DNA of 64,000 bases from a virus. The DNA lies in the IMG/VR virus record IMGVR_UViG_3300009130_000005, positions 32,001 through 96,000 of that record, one strand, 5' to 3'. Below the pieces are notes generated by a model, which searched no databases, was not told where the DNA came from, and saw nothing but the letters and a program-made list of their open reading frames with translations. Made by a program: the position numbers and the translations under genes. Of the stretch, positions 32,097-45,195 are shown one piece after another. Position 1 is the stretch's first letter; the number at the start of each line of letters is the position of its first letter.

Positions 32097-34790
32097 CCGC
32101 TTACAAATAATAAGTTATAATATATGACATGACAAATTTGGAAAAAGCTATTAACGCAATGGAAGGAACAAAGCTAGAAATAGAAGACATAATTTTTAAA
32201 GTTGGAGATGCCAAACAGAGTCCCACGGAAGACGAGCTACTCAATTTACTAATTGGAGTACAGGCATTATTTTCAGTTAGACAGGAGAGAATAAAGCAAG
32301 AGTTAAATAATATTTCTGAACCGCATCATTTTAATGAGCAAGCATAATCTTTATATTGCCCCTAAACATGGTAAATATAAATTAATAATTACAGATAAAA
32401 AAACTAAAGAAGAAGTCCTCTTAGCTGAAGACGAAAACCAATCAAATTTATTACAAATAATGGATCAATTTGCTAGGTCCAAATATTCAAGACAATTAAC
32501 TGGAAGCGATATATACCTATATGAAGGATAAATTAAAAGAAGAACAAATAAAAACTCCACTCAAGGTTCAAGAAGAGCAAGAAGAAATAAAAGAAGTAGA
32601 AAAAGAAATCAGAGATATTGAAGCAGAACTTGATTGGGCTGAATCTCAAGCCTCGGATGATTATAAATACATTACTCATCTTGAGCATAGACTTGATAAG
32701 CTATACGAGAAATATAACCAAATGGATAATTATGAATCCTTCTAAACCTAGCATCAAAATGCCCCATGTTGGTCTCTGCGAAGTAGAAATTCATTATTCT
32801 CCCGACTTAATTAGAAATAGAATTTCATATGGTTTTTGGAAGCCAATTGTTGAGAATATGGCATGGATGCCTTTTCACAAATTAGTTCATGCAACTAGCA
32901 TTATGTGGAGCCAAATGGATTCTGCTCATAAATTCGGAACAATGAGGCAAGCAGGTTTTGAGCTAGAATCGCTTGCTCTCTGTCTTTTAGAAACAAAAAA
33001 GAATTTTAATCTTGACAAATAATCAACTAAGTAGTATACTTATGTCATGTCTAAAGAAGAAAAGTATCTTAAGCAAATAATTAGCTCCTGCGAGCTTATC
33101 CTTGACGACCTTGAGCAAGGTGCAAGTATATCTCAAAGAGACTTTAATATGCTAGGTCATGCAGATGAAATAATGTTCAGTATGCAACAGAATGTAAGCA
33201 AGGAGCTTAATCCATCTCATTATAATATCAATGCAGGATATAGTAACAATAATAAATAGCTTTTTTATTTTTATAGGATGTTTTATTGGTCTTTGGTTGG
33301 TAATGTTTTTAGCTTTTTTTTACGATGACTAGGATTGTAGATCGGATGGTAGAAGACCTCTTAAATCTCTATTATAAACAAGCCTCTGAACTTCGTAAAG
33401 GAACTATTTTTGGAGGGTGGCATGAAGATGATGTAGAAAAACTAATCTCTAGAGCCTTATGGAGACATGGAAACCAATCTATTACATTAAAAATTAATAA
33501 AGAGCTAGACGATCATCATATCAGCGTTGAAATTGTAGACATAGAAAAACCAAATAATGAAGAATAATATTTTTGAGAAGATTATGGTTATAGAAGACCA
33601 CATAAATAAGTTACTACAAGATTTAGATTTAGGTTTTGAGCATTGTGAAAAAAATCACGATGAGATTACACAAGAGCTTGTTAATGCTTCAAAATCAATT
33701 TCAAAAATATATAGACTAAATAAGGAAAATTTTGATGGCTGACTTTTGTTTGGATTGCGCAGAGAATCTTTTCGGAAAAGAATTACCTTCTGACTTTGAA
33801 GGTATTCTAACAGAAGAAGAAGAAGGGTATACAATATCGGTTCTATGCGAAGGTTGTGGCTATATTGAGGTAGATCATTTAGGTAAAAAGGTAGATAAAG
33901 AATGTTAAACAAATACAAAAGAGAAAAGAATAAATCCCAAATATTCAAAGACTACCATGTGGTTGTCGATGAAGATGGAATAGAAAGAGACTATTGGTTT
34001 TCTGCTCAAAGCGAAGATCATGCTTTGGATATGTTTGCAACATTTGCAGAAGCTAAAAACCTTAGTGCAGAAATAATAAGCGTCACACAAGAATGAAAAT
34101 CAAAGTAGGGTTAAGGGGTAATTCAGATGCAGTATATGGTGTCATCATAAAGTTTGATGACCTTAGCCTTGTAAGTTCTGACAATATTTTTCTTATCGGT
34201 GAAGAGAATAGAAATAAAATGGGGAAAGACCTAGTTTCATTGCTTGAGTCTTTGTCTTGTGTCGATAACCAAATAGAAATAGGTGATAAATTAATCCCAA
34301 TGATTGAGAGAGAATTAAATATAGAAGAAGGAACTTTAAATAGATTTATAAATGAGTGAATCACAATATAAGATATACAAATTAATAAGGAAATTAATGA
34401 ATGATCTTTCTGAAGAAGATTTGAAAGAATTAATTTTAGAAACAAATCAACATGACAGAGGATGAATCAATTCGCCCTTGGGGGTATGGTTACAATAGTG
34501 CCTTGCGAATCCTTAGAGAGTTTGACAAAAAAGTATTTGACTTGACAGATAAGGATGATATATATAATGTAGGTAAATCTAATTTATATAATATCCAAAA
34601 AGATTTAATCCATGAAATATATGGAGCAATAAAAAAAGAGAAAGAAGAATATACCGATGACCAATTTAGTTAATTTTATAAAAAGATTGTTTCGATTATT
34701 CCGCAGGGAGAAAGAGCCGAAATTATCTAAAGCACAAATAGACGAACTAATTGAATCAAATAAAGACATACTATCTAAATTAAAAGATTA

Positions 34791-35045
34791 ATGAAATTAT
34801 CATTGACATTACATGGAAAAACTTATAGCGTAGAATCTGATGAGCAATTCGATGGAACGCAAGTGTCTGAATTGGTTGAGCAATTCAAAGGTTTACTTGT
34901 TAATGCAGGGTATCATCCACATAATGTTGACGAGCTTTTTAATACAGAATATCAATGGTTTAATAATGAAGATTCAGACTTAGAAAAGCGAGTAAAAACT
35001 TTATACGGAGATGACGAAAAAATAGAGCCAAATAACAATGAGTGA
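34791..35045 (+). CDS. Hypothetical protein, paralog of 29634..29900
   Basis: Shared motif as above. Confidence 0.6.
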   Translation: MKLSLTLHGKTYSVESDEQFDGTQVSELVEQFKGLLVNAGYHPHNVDELFNTEYQWFNNEDSDLEKRVKTLYGDDEKIEPNNNE

Positions 35046-36453
35046 AATAATGGATGATTTCGATGCAGGGAAAACGTTTGCACAAAATAAAGTGCTTGAG
35101 CTTATGGATGAAGTAATAGACGAATATAGAACTATTGCAAGAGAAGAGAAGATGGATTCGGAGTCTAGCAGAATACCCAAAGCTCAATTAAACGCAGTGC
35201 TTTTTATGAAACATTGGATTCTTAATGATGGTATTGAAGATGAAGAAGGAAACAGAGTATGCTTAGTTTGGTAAAAATAAATCTAGGGCTAGACCTCATA
35301 AATCACTTTAATAAAAAAATCAAAAAACTAAAAGCGAATGATAATGTCGCAAATAATGCACACATTTATGCAATGAAAAGTTTTATAAAAACAATCGAAA
35401 ACGAGCTATCAAAATAACATGAGGCTACGAGCAATCTTTTGTTGTCTTTATTTTAGCATCCTGCCTTGGTGGGTCTACGAAAACAAAAAACATTACAGAA
35501 GAACATATTGGAAACATCTTAAATTAAACTTTGGTCAAACAAAGATTTGGCTTCTCAAAAATGAAACGCAAGAAGATGTTGACTTTGAAAGAGAGGTAAA
35601 CCCAAGTTGGAAAAAGGTTTTCTCAAATATGATAAGAAAAAAGGCTTGACAAACTTTCAGTCTTATAATATAGTTTAGGGATTATGAGTGGAGAAGGACT
35701 ATCAGTTAGCTTTAGAAGAACGGCAATGACCCAAAAGTCAAATCAAGAACTTCTTAGGGAGTTTCAAGATTTAGTTTATTCTAATAAAAAAATAATGTCG
35801 CACATGAAATGGTATGGTCGTGACCATAGTGTTGAAATTATGGAGCATGGGGACGAAGAGTTAGCTGAGTGGCAACGAGAAGCAGTTGCCATCAAAGATA
35901 CTTTTGAATTTACTATTAGCGTCTATGACTCTTGGCATGAAGATGCAGACATATACGAATCACATAAGCGAGATGATAGCTTTGTTTCTCTTGCGAGTGA
36001 ATTTGCTAGGGATAATTGGTTGCATTATTTCCCCGAAGGCTTTCCTGCTGAATGGATAGAGACGAAAACTATTGATGGAGAAAAATGTTGGAATCACTTT
36101 AATGTTAAACCCGATGATAAAAACATTGACAAGATATGCCAAATATGGCATTCTTATGGGATGGACATGATTACGGAATCTTCTGACAAGATGAAGCGTT
36201 CCTATTGGGAGAGAGCAAGAGAAGGAATCAAAGCAATAATGGAGAAATAAAATGAAAGACGAAATCTTAGTTGAAGAAAAATTTGTAAAGAATAGAGCTA
36301 AACCGCTTTATATAATTACATCCTTCCACTCAAAGGCGATTAATAATATAACTCGCAGGAAAAGCATTGACGAGGTAGACTTGCAGTCCTTACACGACTT
36401 AGGCTACGCAATAGCTCTAAATAAACTTGATGCTTATGGTCACAAGACCTACA

Positions 36454-36495
36454 TCAAGCACAACCTAAGAACCCTCAAGCACAACCTAAGAACCC
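36454..36495 (+). repeat. Perfect in-frame 21-bp tandem duplication
   Basis: TCAAGCACAACCTAAGAACCC x2, giving KHNLRT twice. Confidence 0.9.
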
Positions 36496-37234
36496 GAAAA
36501 GAAATGAAGCACAGATAATGAAATACCAAGTAGGAGTAAAGATTTACAATAGTTTTGAAGTTGAGGCAAGCTCAGAACAAGAAGCGGAACAAAAAGTTAG
36601 AGAGCTAGATGTACATAAAACTTTAATGGATTGCGATTACAATATATGCTACATTGACGAAATAAAACAAACAGAAAATTTAAGCAATAAAGAAATCAAG
36701 GAAAGAGCCGTGCAAGGCAAAGGTTGGTACTAATGAATTCCTTAGAGCTTAAAGATGCGATTCAATCTGAAATTGATAGATTGAGTTCAAACCACGAAGA
36801 AGCAAATATAAACTTAATAAATAATGTATTAAGACCAATGCTTTTATTTATTGATGACCATAATAAAATTATGGCAGAAATATCTAGGATTGGTGGTAAA
36901 CATAGCCTGTAATGTTCAATGATGGCATATCTAACGAGTTTGAAGAAGCTCACCAAAAAGGCTTAACTAGAGGCTTTGATTTAGGTTGGTCTTATAAAGG
37001 AAGGTTTGATAGGCAAATAATCCGAGACGAAATAAATAAATTACAAAAAAGCAAACGACCAAATAAGAGTGCAATAGAAGCGTTGCAGAGCGTATTGGCA
37101 AAGATGGTGAAGCATCCCAATAACAGAGAGAACATCACCTTCAATAGTTGGTAGTTAATTTTATCCAAAAAAATTTACTACTCTCTCTTAAAAAATGTGT
37201 TGACATTCATCACTAGGTCTGTCAGTATTGAATC

Positions 37235-37480
37235 ATGTCAAATAAACGAGGAAGAAAAAAAGGCTATTGTCCTTATGTGGACATTACCTATGAGTCTCTA
37301 GGGGACTATTTAGGGAAGAAGGGATTGGTAAGAGTTAGTCGCTCTTGGCTTGAAGGTCTTGGTTATGAAATATCTGAGTCCAATGAAATAATTATCCCCG
37401 AAGTAATCTTAACAGAAAAAGAATCAAGTAAAGTAGAAGAGGAGTCGAAAATTGAATACAAACTTACACACTTTGAATAG
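37235..37480 (+). CDS. Small protein, paralog of 14110..14292
   Basis: GRKKG...VSRSWL; own promoter with TTGACA at 37200. Confidence 0.55.
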   Translation: MSNKRGRKKGYCPYVDITYESLGDYLGKKGLVRVSRSWLEGLGYEISESNEIIIPEVILTEKESSKVEEESKIEYKLTHFE

Positions 37481-38432
37481 GCATAAACGCTATTTCCCCG
37501 AACTCATTGGGCAGTTAGCAGTAAAGAAAAAACTATCATTTTATCTTGATGCGTTTGAAGCAACAAAACTATCTCCATTTTTGTGTTTAGTTGGAGCTAA
37601 GGGTTTAGGCAAAACAGAGTTTGCAAAAGCCTATGCAAAAAACTTACACAATGATGATGGTAACGGCAGAGCTTTCCTAGAGCTTAATTGCTCGACTATC
37701 AAAAATAATGAGCAATTTTTTGAGCAGATATTTATGCCAATTATCCATGATAATGAGGTAACAATTTTGTTCGATGAAGCTCATGCTTTACCTAAAGATT
37801 TGACTATGGCTTTTTTGACTATCTTCAATACAGAAAAGAACCATACAAAAAACTTTGAATGGGATGGAATGAATTTTGAGTTTGACTTCAAGCGTCAAAC
37901 CTTTATTTTTGCTACAACGGAAAGTGACAAGATTTTTCCACCGCTCAAGGATAGGCTTACTACCATTGACTTTGAGCCATATTCAAGAGATGAGCTTGCA
38001 GAAATTGTAAAGCTCTGTACTCCAAATATCACATTTACGGATGGTGCTTTGGAGAAGGTTGCAAAATCAGTTCGTAATAACCCAAGAAATGCAGTTATGC
38101 GTTCCAAGGAGATTGTTTTGTTTTGTGCGAGCAAAAATACAACTGAGTTCACGGAAGAATCATTCGATGAGCTTTCGGATGCAATAGGAATACTTCCATA
38201 CGGAATTTCCTATACAGAAAGACAAATACTAGATGTACTCAAGGAATGTGGAAGTTGTTCGCTGACAACCCTTTCAGCAAAGATTGGTTTGAGTGCTTCC
38301 GCTCTCCGTAGAGACCATGAAATGTATTTGCTCAACAAGAACCTCATGGAGATTGACGGCAAGCGTAAGATTACCGCTCAAGGCATCAAGGTTTCCGACC
38401 TCGCAAACGCAACACTTGCCTCGGAAGGCTAG
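37452..38432 (+). CDS. ruvB: Holliday junction branch-migration helicase RuvB-like
   Basis: ELIGQ, GAKGLGKT, FDEAH, ATT, PLKDR, PR.A, C-terminal winged helix. Start codon uncertain. Confidence 0.8.
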   Translation: MNTNLHTLNRHKRYFPELIGQLAVKKKLSFYLDAFEATKLSPFLCLVGAKGLGKTEFAKAYAKNLHNDDGNGRAFLELNCSTIKNNEQFFEQIFMPIIHDNEVTILFDEAHALPKDLTMAFLTIFNTEKNHTKNFEWDGMNFEFDFKRQTFIFATTESDKIFPPLKDRLTTIDFEPYSRDELAEIVKLCTPNITFTDGALEKVAKSVRNNPRNAVMRSKEIVLFCASKNTTEFTEESFDELSDAIGILPYGISYTERQILDVLKECGSCSLTTLSAKIGLSASALRRDHEMYLLNKNLMEIDGKRKITAQGIKVSDLANATLASEG

Positions 38433-41400
38433 TATTCATGCGGTATTAGCACTTTTTCAAAAAAAGTGTTGACTTTTACCAAACCTCTGTCATACTTGGT
38501 TACATGATTGATTTTACAAATGAATAGGAAGAATAAATAATTATGCAAGAAATAATAGATAAAATATACGAGCGTATGGACTTCTGTGCAAATGCACATG
38601 GAGCAACGCAAGAAGATGAACACAATTACATTCTTGAGCTAAGTTGCTTGAATGAAGTTTTGGATAAAATAGAGAGATTCCCTTGGAATCATTTTGAAGA
38701 TGAAGCTAACTAAATATCAAAAAGCTCGACTCCTTGAGTATAATTGGGATGTTTATACAACCGAAGATGGTTCTCAAAATTGTGCTTGGATTAGCATCTC
38801 TCCCGAAGATGGCTCAATCTTTGGAGATGTAGTGGAAACTTTGGGCTTGACAGGAGAGGGTAAAGATGTCAAGCTATTGATTGTAGCAACCGCAGAGGAT
38901 ACTGAAGATGAGTAATGCAGTAGATACTTCTTATAGCATATCCGTACCACTTTCAGCAGAAGAGTTGGAAGAAATTTTATATGAAGATAAATCATTTGAG
39001 TGGGTTTTCCCTACAAATGAAAACGAAAATATCAATATAACTATACATATACATCATGGAGAATAAATTAGAAGCAATGAAAAACTTAATAATAAAAACT
39101 GAGTCAGACATAAATGAGGTTACCGAGGCATTGAATGATGCAGGTATTCGTTGCATTGTCTATGAAATGGATGAATATGTTTCGGTATTTGAAAAGCTCG
39201 CTAAACTAAAAGAGCTTGCAGGAGAGGAATAAATTACTATGAGAGCATATCTGATTGAACAACTCAAAGAGCTAGTCAAGTACGAGCAAATAAAGAAGGA
39301 ACACGCTAATGAGATTTTAGAATTATTCGATGAAGAATCGGATGATACTAGCGAACAAACCGCTTTCGAGAAAGCACAACAAGATATGCGAATAGCATTA
39401 CAAGGAGAATGGCAGTAATGAAAATAAAAACTTATGAAGTAGAAATATCAAGCACTACCTATCGCACCTACTATATAGATGCAGAATCCCCAAAAGAAGC
39501 ACAAGCGAGAGCATTTGAAGAAGTAGACGCTGATTGGGAAATAAGCAAGGCATGGAAGCAAAACGCAGAGGTTGCTTTCTGCGAACCTAAAGGTGGAACA
39601 TCCGACATGAGCAACGAGGAATTCGGAAAATACATTCGTGGAGAATAAAATGCTTGACACATCTCAATAACCTGTCATTATAGAAGCATGAAGATAAAAA
39701 ATAAATGGGACGAAGAGTTTGAAGTAAGTGTCGGTGATTGGGTAGGATTCAAATGCGACATTGAACAAATTGGAAGAGTGAAAGAAATTCAAAGAAGAGG
39801 AGCATTGATTATTGAAAACGAAGATGGATTCGATGGAGACTATATCGGTGGAGATACCGAAGCATTGGTTGGATTCGATGAAGTGTGGAAAGAAAGCTAA
39901 TAATGAGAACAACTGAAAGACAATTAAGACAAGGAGAACCAACCATTGACGATATGCGTTGGGACATCGCAGAACACGAAGCAATGAACATGGGTACTAA
40001 ATTACTCATAGAGCTTCTATATCACGGAACAGAAGGGTTAGAGAATATGAATGACTTGGAAGTTCGTGACGAATGGGAAATGTTATTTGGAGATACAGAG
40101 TAATGGGATTGGCACAAGAAATAAATGAAAGACTAGACGCAATGCTTGCATTGGGTAATGACGAAAAAAGCCTAGAAGTTAAGCAAACCTTAATAAAGGA
40201 GCTTAATAAAATAACAGGCAATGGTCAAAATGTAAGAGAAGTGTTCAATAACATTTATTATGTCAATGACATGATGCAAGATAGACTTTTAGTTCAAAAA
40301 GAAAATGAATCAAATAATTATAATAAGGCAAATAAGTGCGACAACTCGCACGAATCAATGAAAGGAAAAATGAAATGAATAATGTAACAAATATAGACTA
40401 CGAGTTGCTTGCAGAGCAAAGAGAAACCCTTCTTAACGCTATTTGGGAAGATGAGCAATCTCCGCTTTGGGGAGTGGTCAATCTACTTGACGCACTTATT
40501 GATGCAGAAGATAGCATCAAGGTAAATCGTTGATGTTCAACAAGTAAAGCTCAAAAGAAAAAAAAGGCTTGACATTACCCAATGACCTGTCATAATGGAT
40601 GGCATGATGAACAAAACAGAATGTAAAGAACAACTTCAACAAGATATAGTTTCTTATCTTGATGGCATGGATGACGAGATTGTTTCCCATGTTTGCAATA
40701 TAGCAATAAGCAACATCAATCAAATTGAAGAGTCAAATGAAGTTGTTCGCCAAACCGAGTTGGACGAGAAATTGTCTCAACTTATATTATCAATAAACAA
40801 GGGAACAGAAACCCTTAACTTAATCGCACAAATTATTAGGAGTAAGTAAGTATGAAAGTAGAAGAAATGTTCGCAGGAAAAGAAGTAGAATTTTTTTACA
40901 AGAAAGATAATTCCATTGTACTAGAAGGAGAGCATATAGGATATGATGTAGAAGTAGGCAATGAGGTTCAGTTGGTTCTGAACGATGACATCTATTGGAA
41001 TCCCGATGCGTCCGTGGAATAGTCTTAATTTTCAAGGAAAATTTGTATTGCTAATGTGCATTGTAAATTTTTTATTCGCAATCTTTTTTGCGGTAAATGG
41101 AAGCTCACTTGCAATACTATCAATTTCTTGTGCAATGCTCTGTGGCATAAGCACATATTCAGATAAATACAAACGATATTAAGTGTAATTATAAGCGAAA
41201 GGAACACACCATGTACTTCAACTATGCAAAAGTAAGATGGGATATATTCTCACCACAAGATATTTACTTCAAAAGCAGTATTCTCACAAGAGGATTGGAA
41301 GATGATATAAATATAATTTCATACAAAAATAAGACCGACTTCCATCGGAACTATACTCACGGAGTTTTTGTCAAATTCAATCATGTAAAAGAAGATTATC

Positions 41401-41786
41401 CAAATGTAGAGATAAATCTTATGGATAGAAGGCAAAGGAAAAATGGGAGCAGACCAATGTATCGCCATCAGTATTTCGATAACCTTGTCTACATTTATAG
41501 CTACCATAAGATGCAAGAATGGGTCAAAGACCCGACAGACCCAACAGGTTGGAAGATGGTAACTAAAGGGCAACCTTTACCTAACGAAGAAGGTTATGCA
41601 ATAGACTTTCACAACTTCCAAGGATACTCTCAAGAGATTTGCCAAGAGCAAATGGACATCGTTTATTCCGTCCGTAACTTCTTGATTGAGAGAATTTTAC
41701 CGATAAAGCAAAAAAAAGTGTTGACAATGGTAGCCTAGTGTGCCATACTTATGGAATAACAATCAAAAACCCGAAAGAAAAAAATT

Positions 41787-44024
41787 ATGATTATTGCACA
41801 AGACAAAGCTAAAAGAATAGTTCAATCGCACGACTTTGATGAAGTCAAATGCACCATTGACGCAGAAGATATGCGTTATGTGGCATCGTTGTTGAGAAAC
41901 AACTATTCCAAACCTATACTTGCGGTCATCCGTGAGATTACTGCAAATGCACTTGACGCTAACCTAGAAGCAGGAGCAAAGAAACGAGCAATCGTAAAAG
42001 TTCCATCTTCTTTTAGCCCTGTTTTCTCTGTAAGAGATTTCGGAGGCGGTTTATCGCAAGAAGATGTATTCGGATTGTATTCTAAGTACGGCAAGTCAAC
42101 CAAGAGAGATTCAAACAACTATATCGGTGCTTTCGGTATAGGTAAGTTTGCTCCACTTTCTTATGGAAACAACTTTACTTGCGTATCCTATCATGGTGGA
42201 AAGAAAACTTCATACGATATTTATGTCAATGACGATGACGATACGAAGATTTCCAAGTTGCATGAAGAACCTAGCAACGAGCCAACAGGCTTGTGCGTAG
42301 AGGTTGCAGTTGCAGATAGTGATGTAGACAAGTTCAAGGAAGAGATTAGGTCTTTCTTCAAGGTCTTTCCAAAAGATGAGCTTCCCGAATTTAAGGGTAT
42401 AGATGAAGAAGATTTCTTCCCTGTTTATGCAAATGCACTAGAAGGCAAGGATTGGTTCTTTGTTGAGCAGAAGAATGACAGGTACTACGGACATAGTTAC
42501 AACTATGGTAGCCAATCGTATGCAATTATGGGTAGAGTTGCCTATCCCCTCGACCCTTCTGCTATCAATTTTGATGGCGAGGATGCAGAGGCATTGCGTG
42601 ACCTAGCTCAATCGCAAGGATTTTATGTGCAATTCCCTATTGGAGACTTGAAACTCCACCATAGTCGTGAATCGCTAGAGTACAACAAACCGACTCAAAA
42701 GAAGATTCTTGAACGCTTGCGTGTGGTCAAGGCTGAAATTGAGGAAATGGCGAAAGAGCGTCTTGAAGGTGCTGAAGATTTGTGGGACGCAAAGTGCAAG
42801 TATGCACAAGTAATGAACGCAATTCCGTATTCATTACAAAATGTTTTTCGCAATAGTTTCTCATGGCAAGGCACTAAAATTACGAGCTTGACTTTCGATA
42901 GACCTTATGGTATGCACGAAAACCTTATCATCAAAGAGTATCGTAAGCGTGATGATGCTAATGCGACAGATGGGTACAAAGTGCAAACCACATCTTGCTC
43001 AAGAGTTATGTGCCAAGTTGACGCATTGCTTGTTATTCAAGATGCTCCAAAGTACGGACTCTCTCTAAGGGCTAGGACTTTATTCAACGAAAATCCTAAT
43101 GTAGATGTTATCTATTCTGTTGAGGCAAAAGATTCTCAAGCAGAAGATTACATAAAGGATGATTGGGACTTTGACTTAATTTTACCTAAAAACAAGATTA
43201 GCTTTGTTAAGGTTGATAAGGCAAAACTCCAACAAGGCACTCGCTCAAGCGGAGAAAGTCGTGCAAGCGTACCTTTGTTTCAGTTTGAAAAGCAGAGTAG
43301 TTGGGGAAACAGGAACTCAGATTTTTGGCTCAATGTAGACAAGAAGCTAGATGAACTTGATTTTTCAGACGATAAGAAGAAGGTTTATGTGGCTATTACT
43401 GCTTACAAGTTGACTGACCATTCCGATTCCTTAGACCAACTGCATACAAAAGTTAAGGCAGTTAAGGAGCATGACGAAGAACTCGTATTGTATGGTGTTC
43501 GCAACAAGGATGTTAAGAAGTTGGACAAGACCGAATGGGTAGAGTTCTACGATTACATGAAGGAAGTTTCTCTTGAATACTGCAAGGAGCATATCGGAGC
43601 AATCAAGAAGGGACGCAAGACGAGAGAGATTGTGAACAATTCTCACAAGTCTGACTCTTGGAGCAAGTTGCAGAGCGTCCTCACGAATGACAATCTGTTC
43701 TCAAGCCTTGACTTAGCCTCAAAGCATCCTCTGCTTGAGCTATACGCTCAATACAAGGCTTGCAAGAACGCTTCTGCTAATGCAGAGTTCAATGCTATGC
43801 TACTCTCTGTTGCAGAGAAGCATCATGCGGAAGAAGTGTCCAAACTCGCTCCTGTCAAGTACACTTGGCAAATGCTTGAAGCTGATTGCAAAGAAATTTG
43901 CGACAAGTACCCTCTGTTGGTCAACATTTCCAATCAAGTTTCCTACTACACAAGGATGAACGAGGACAACTTCGGCAAGAATATTTCCGATTTCATCAAA
44001 TTAGTTGACGAAAATCAAAAATAA
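41787..44024 (+). CDS. rIIA: rIIA-like protein with N-terminal GHKL ATPase domain
   Basis: REITANALDA, VRDFGGG, YGKSTKR, GAFGIG, SRESLEY; followed by an rIIB-like gene. Confidence 0.8.
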   Translation: MIIAQDKAKRIVQSHDFDEVKCTIDAEDMRYVASLLRNNYSKPILAVIREITANALDANLEAGAKKRAIVKVPSSFSPVFSVRDFGGGLSQEDVFGLYSKYGKSTKRDSNNYIGAFGIGKFAPLSYGNNFTCVSYHGGKKTSYDIYVNDDDDTKISKLHEEPSNEPTGLCVEVAVADSDVDKFKEEIRSFFKVFPKDELPEFKGIDEEDFFPVYANALEGKDWFFVEQKNDRYYGHSYNYGSQSYAIMGRVAYPLDPSAINFDGEDAEALRDLAQSQGFYVQFPIGDLKLHHSRESLEYNKPTQKKILERLRVVKAEIEEMAKERLEGAEDLWDAKCKYAQVMNAIPYSLQNVFRNSFSWQGTKITSLTFDRPYGMHENLIIKEYRKRDDANATDGYKVQTTSCSRVMCQVDALLVIQDAPKYGLSLRARTLFNENPNVDVIYSVEAKDSQAEDYIKDDWDFDLILPKNKISFVKVDKAKLQQGTRSSGESRASVPLFQFEKQSSWGNRNSDFWLNVDKKLDELDFSDDKKKVYVAITAYKLTDHSDSLDQLHTKVKAVKEHDEELVLYGVRNKDVKKLDKTEWVEFYDYMKEVSLEYCKEHIGAIKKGRKTREIVNNSHKSDSWSKLQSVLTNDNLFSSLDLASKHPLLELYAQYKACKNASANAEFNAMLLSVAEKHHAEEVSKLAPVKYTWQMLEADCKEICDKYPLLVNISNQVSYYTRMNEDNFGKNISDFIKLVDENQK

Positions 44025-44097
44025 GTGTTGACATATACCACAACATCTGAGATAATATATAGATAATCAAAATTGAAAAACAAAGAAAGATTGAAAA

Positions 44098-45195
44098 ATG
44101 AGTAAAGTACCATACAACATGAGCGAGGATTCCATCACCATCTTTTGGGAAGGAAAGCCTTATACGATTAGAAAAGATAACGCAAATTTCTCTGCGGTAA
44201 AGCAAGCACTACTTGATGCTCGCTATGAGGATGTCGGTTCGCTACTAGACATTGCCAAAGCAGTAGAAGATTTCGTAGAGGGTGATGTAGAAGTCCGTGA
44301 CGAAGTAGTTTACTACAAGGGCAAGCATCGTTTGCATGGAGTTGTCGTAGACAAGCTCTTGGAGATGTTGCGTAGTGGCATGAAGGACTCGACTCCTATC
44401 ACCAACTACATCAGCAGACTCATGGAGAATCCTTCTTCTAACTCTGTTAGCGAGCTTTATACCTTCCTTGGGTATAAGTCGCTTCCAATCACTCCCGAAG
44501 GGAATGTGTTAGGGTACAAGGGAGTTCAATCCGATTTTTGGTCAACCACAGGCAATGCAGATACCATTGTCAAGCAAGGTCAGACCAACGAACGGCATCA
44601 GATTTTCAATGGAGTAGGAGAAACCATCGAAGTCCAACGCAGAAGCGTGGATGACAACAAGGACAATCATTGTTCTTTCGGACTCCATGTTGGTTCGTAT
44701 GATTATGCGAACGGATGGGCAGGAGATGGGGGAAGATTGCTTCTTGTGGAGTTTGACCCACAGGATGCAGTTTCCGTTCCTACTGATTGCAACTTTCAGA
44801 AGTTGAGGGTCTGCAAGTACAAGGTAGTGGCAGATATTACCGACTCTCGCAAAGAGCTTGATAAGGCGGTCTACGAGGCTAATAAGCCTATCTACGGCTC
44901 AAACAATGACCTATCTGAATTGGATGAAGATTGGGATGACTATGATGACGAAGAATCCTTTGACGAGGAAGAAGTTTCCGATTGGGAAGATGAGAGCGTT
45001 CGTCTGATGGTTCGCAATTATGTTGAGAACAAGCATGAGCAAGGAGTTCTTCCAACGCTCAAGCAAATCCAAAGTCGGCTTAAGGGTGAATCCATGACTT
45101 GTCGTGAGATTGCTAGTCTTGTAGAGGATTTGGGATATGTTGTCGGTGATGACGAAGATGTTCCATTCTCACAACAAGAAGTATCGACATTCTAA
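44098..45195 (+). CDS. rIIB: rIIB-like protein
   Basis: NPS...ELY.FL, PITPEG..LGYK, CS.GLHVG, D.VSVP.D, KLRVC.Y. Confidence 0.85.
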   Translation: MSKVPYNMSEDSITIFWEGKPYTIRKDNANFSAVKQALLDARYEDVGSLLDIAKAVEDFVEGDVEVRDEVVYYKGKHRLHGVVVDKLLEMLRSGMKDSTPITNYISRLMENPSSNSVSELYTFLGYKSLPITPEGNVLGYKGVQSDFWSTTGNADTIVKQGQTNERHQIFNGVGETIEVQRRSVDDNKDNHCSFGLHVGSYDYANGWAGDGGRLLLVEFDPQDAVSVPTDCNFQKLRVCKYKVVADITDSRKELDKAVYEANKPIYGSNNDLSELDEDWDDYDDEESFDEEEVSDWEDESVRLMVRNYVENKHEQGVLPTLKQIQSRLKGESMTCREIASLVEDLGYVVGDDEDVPFSQQEVSTF

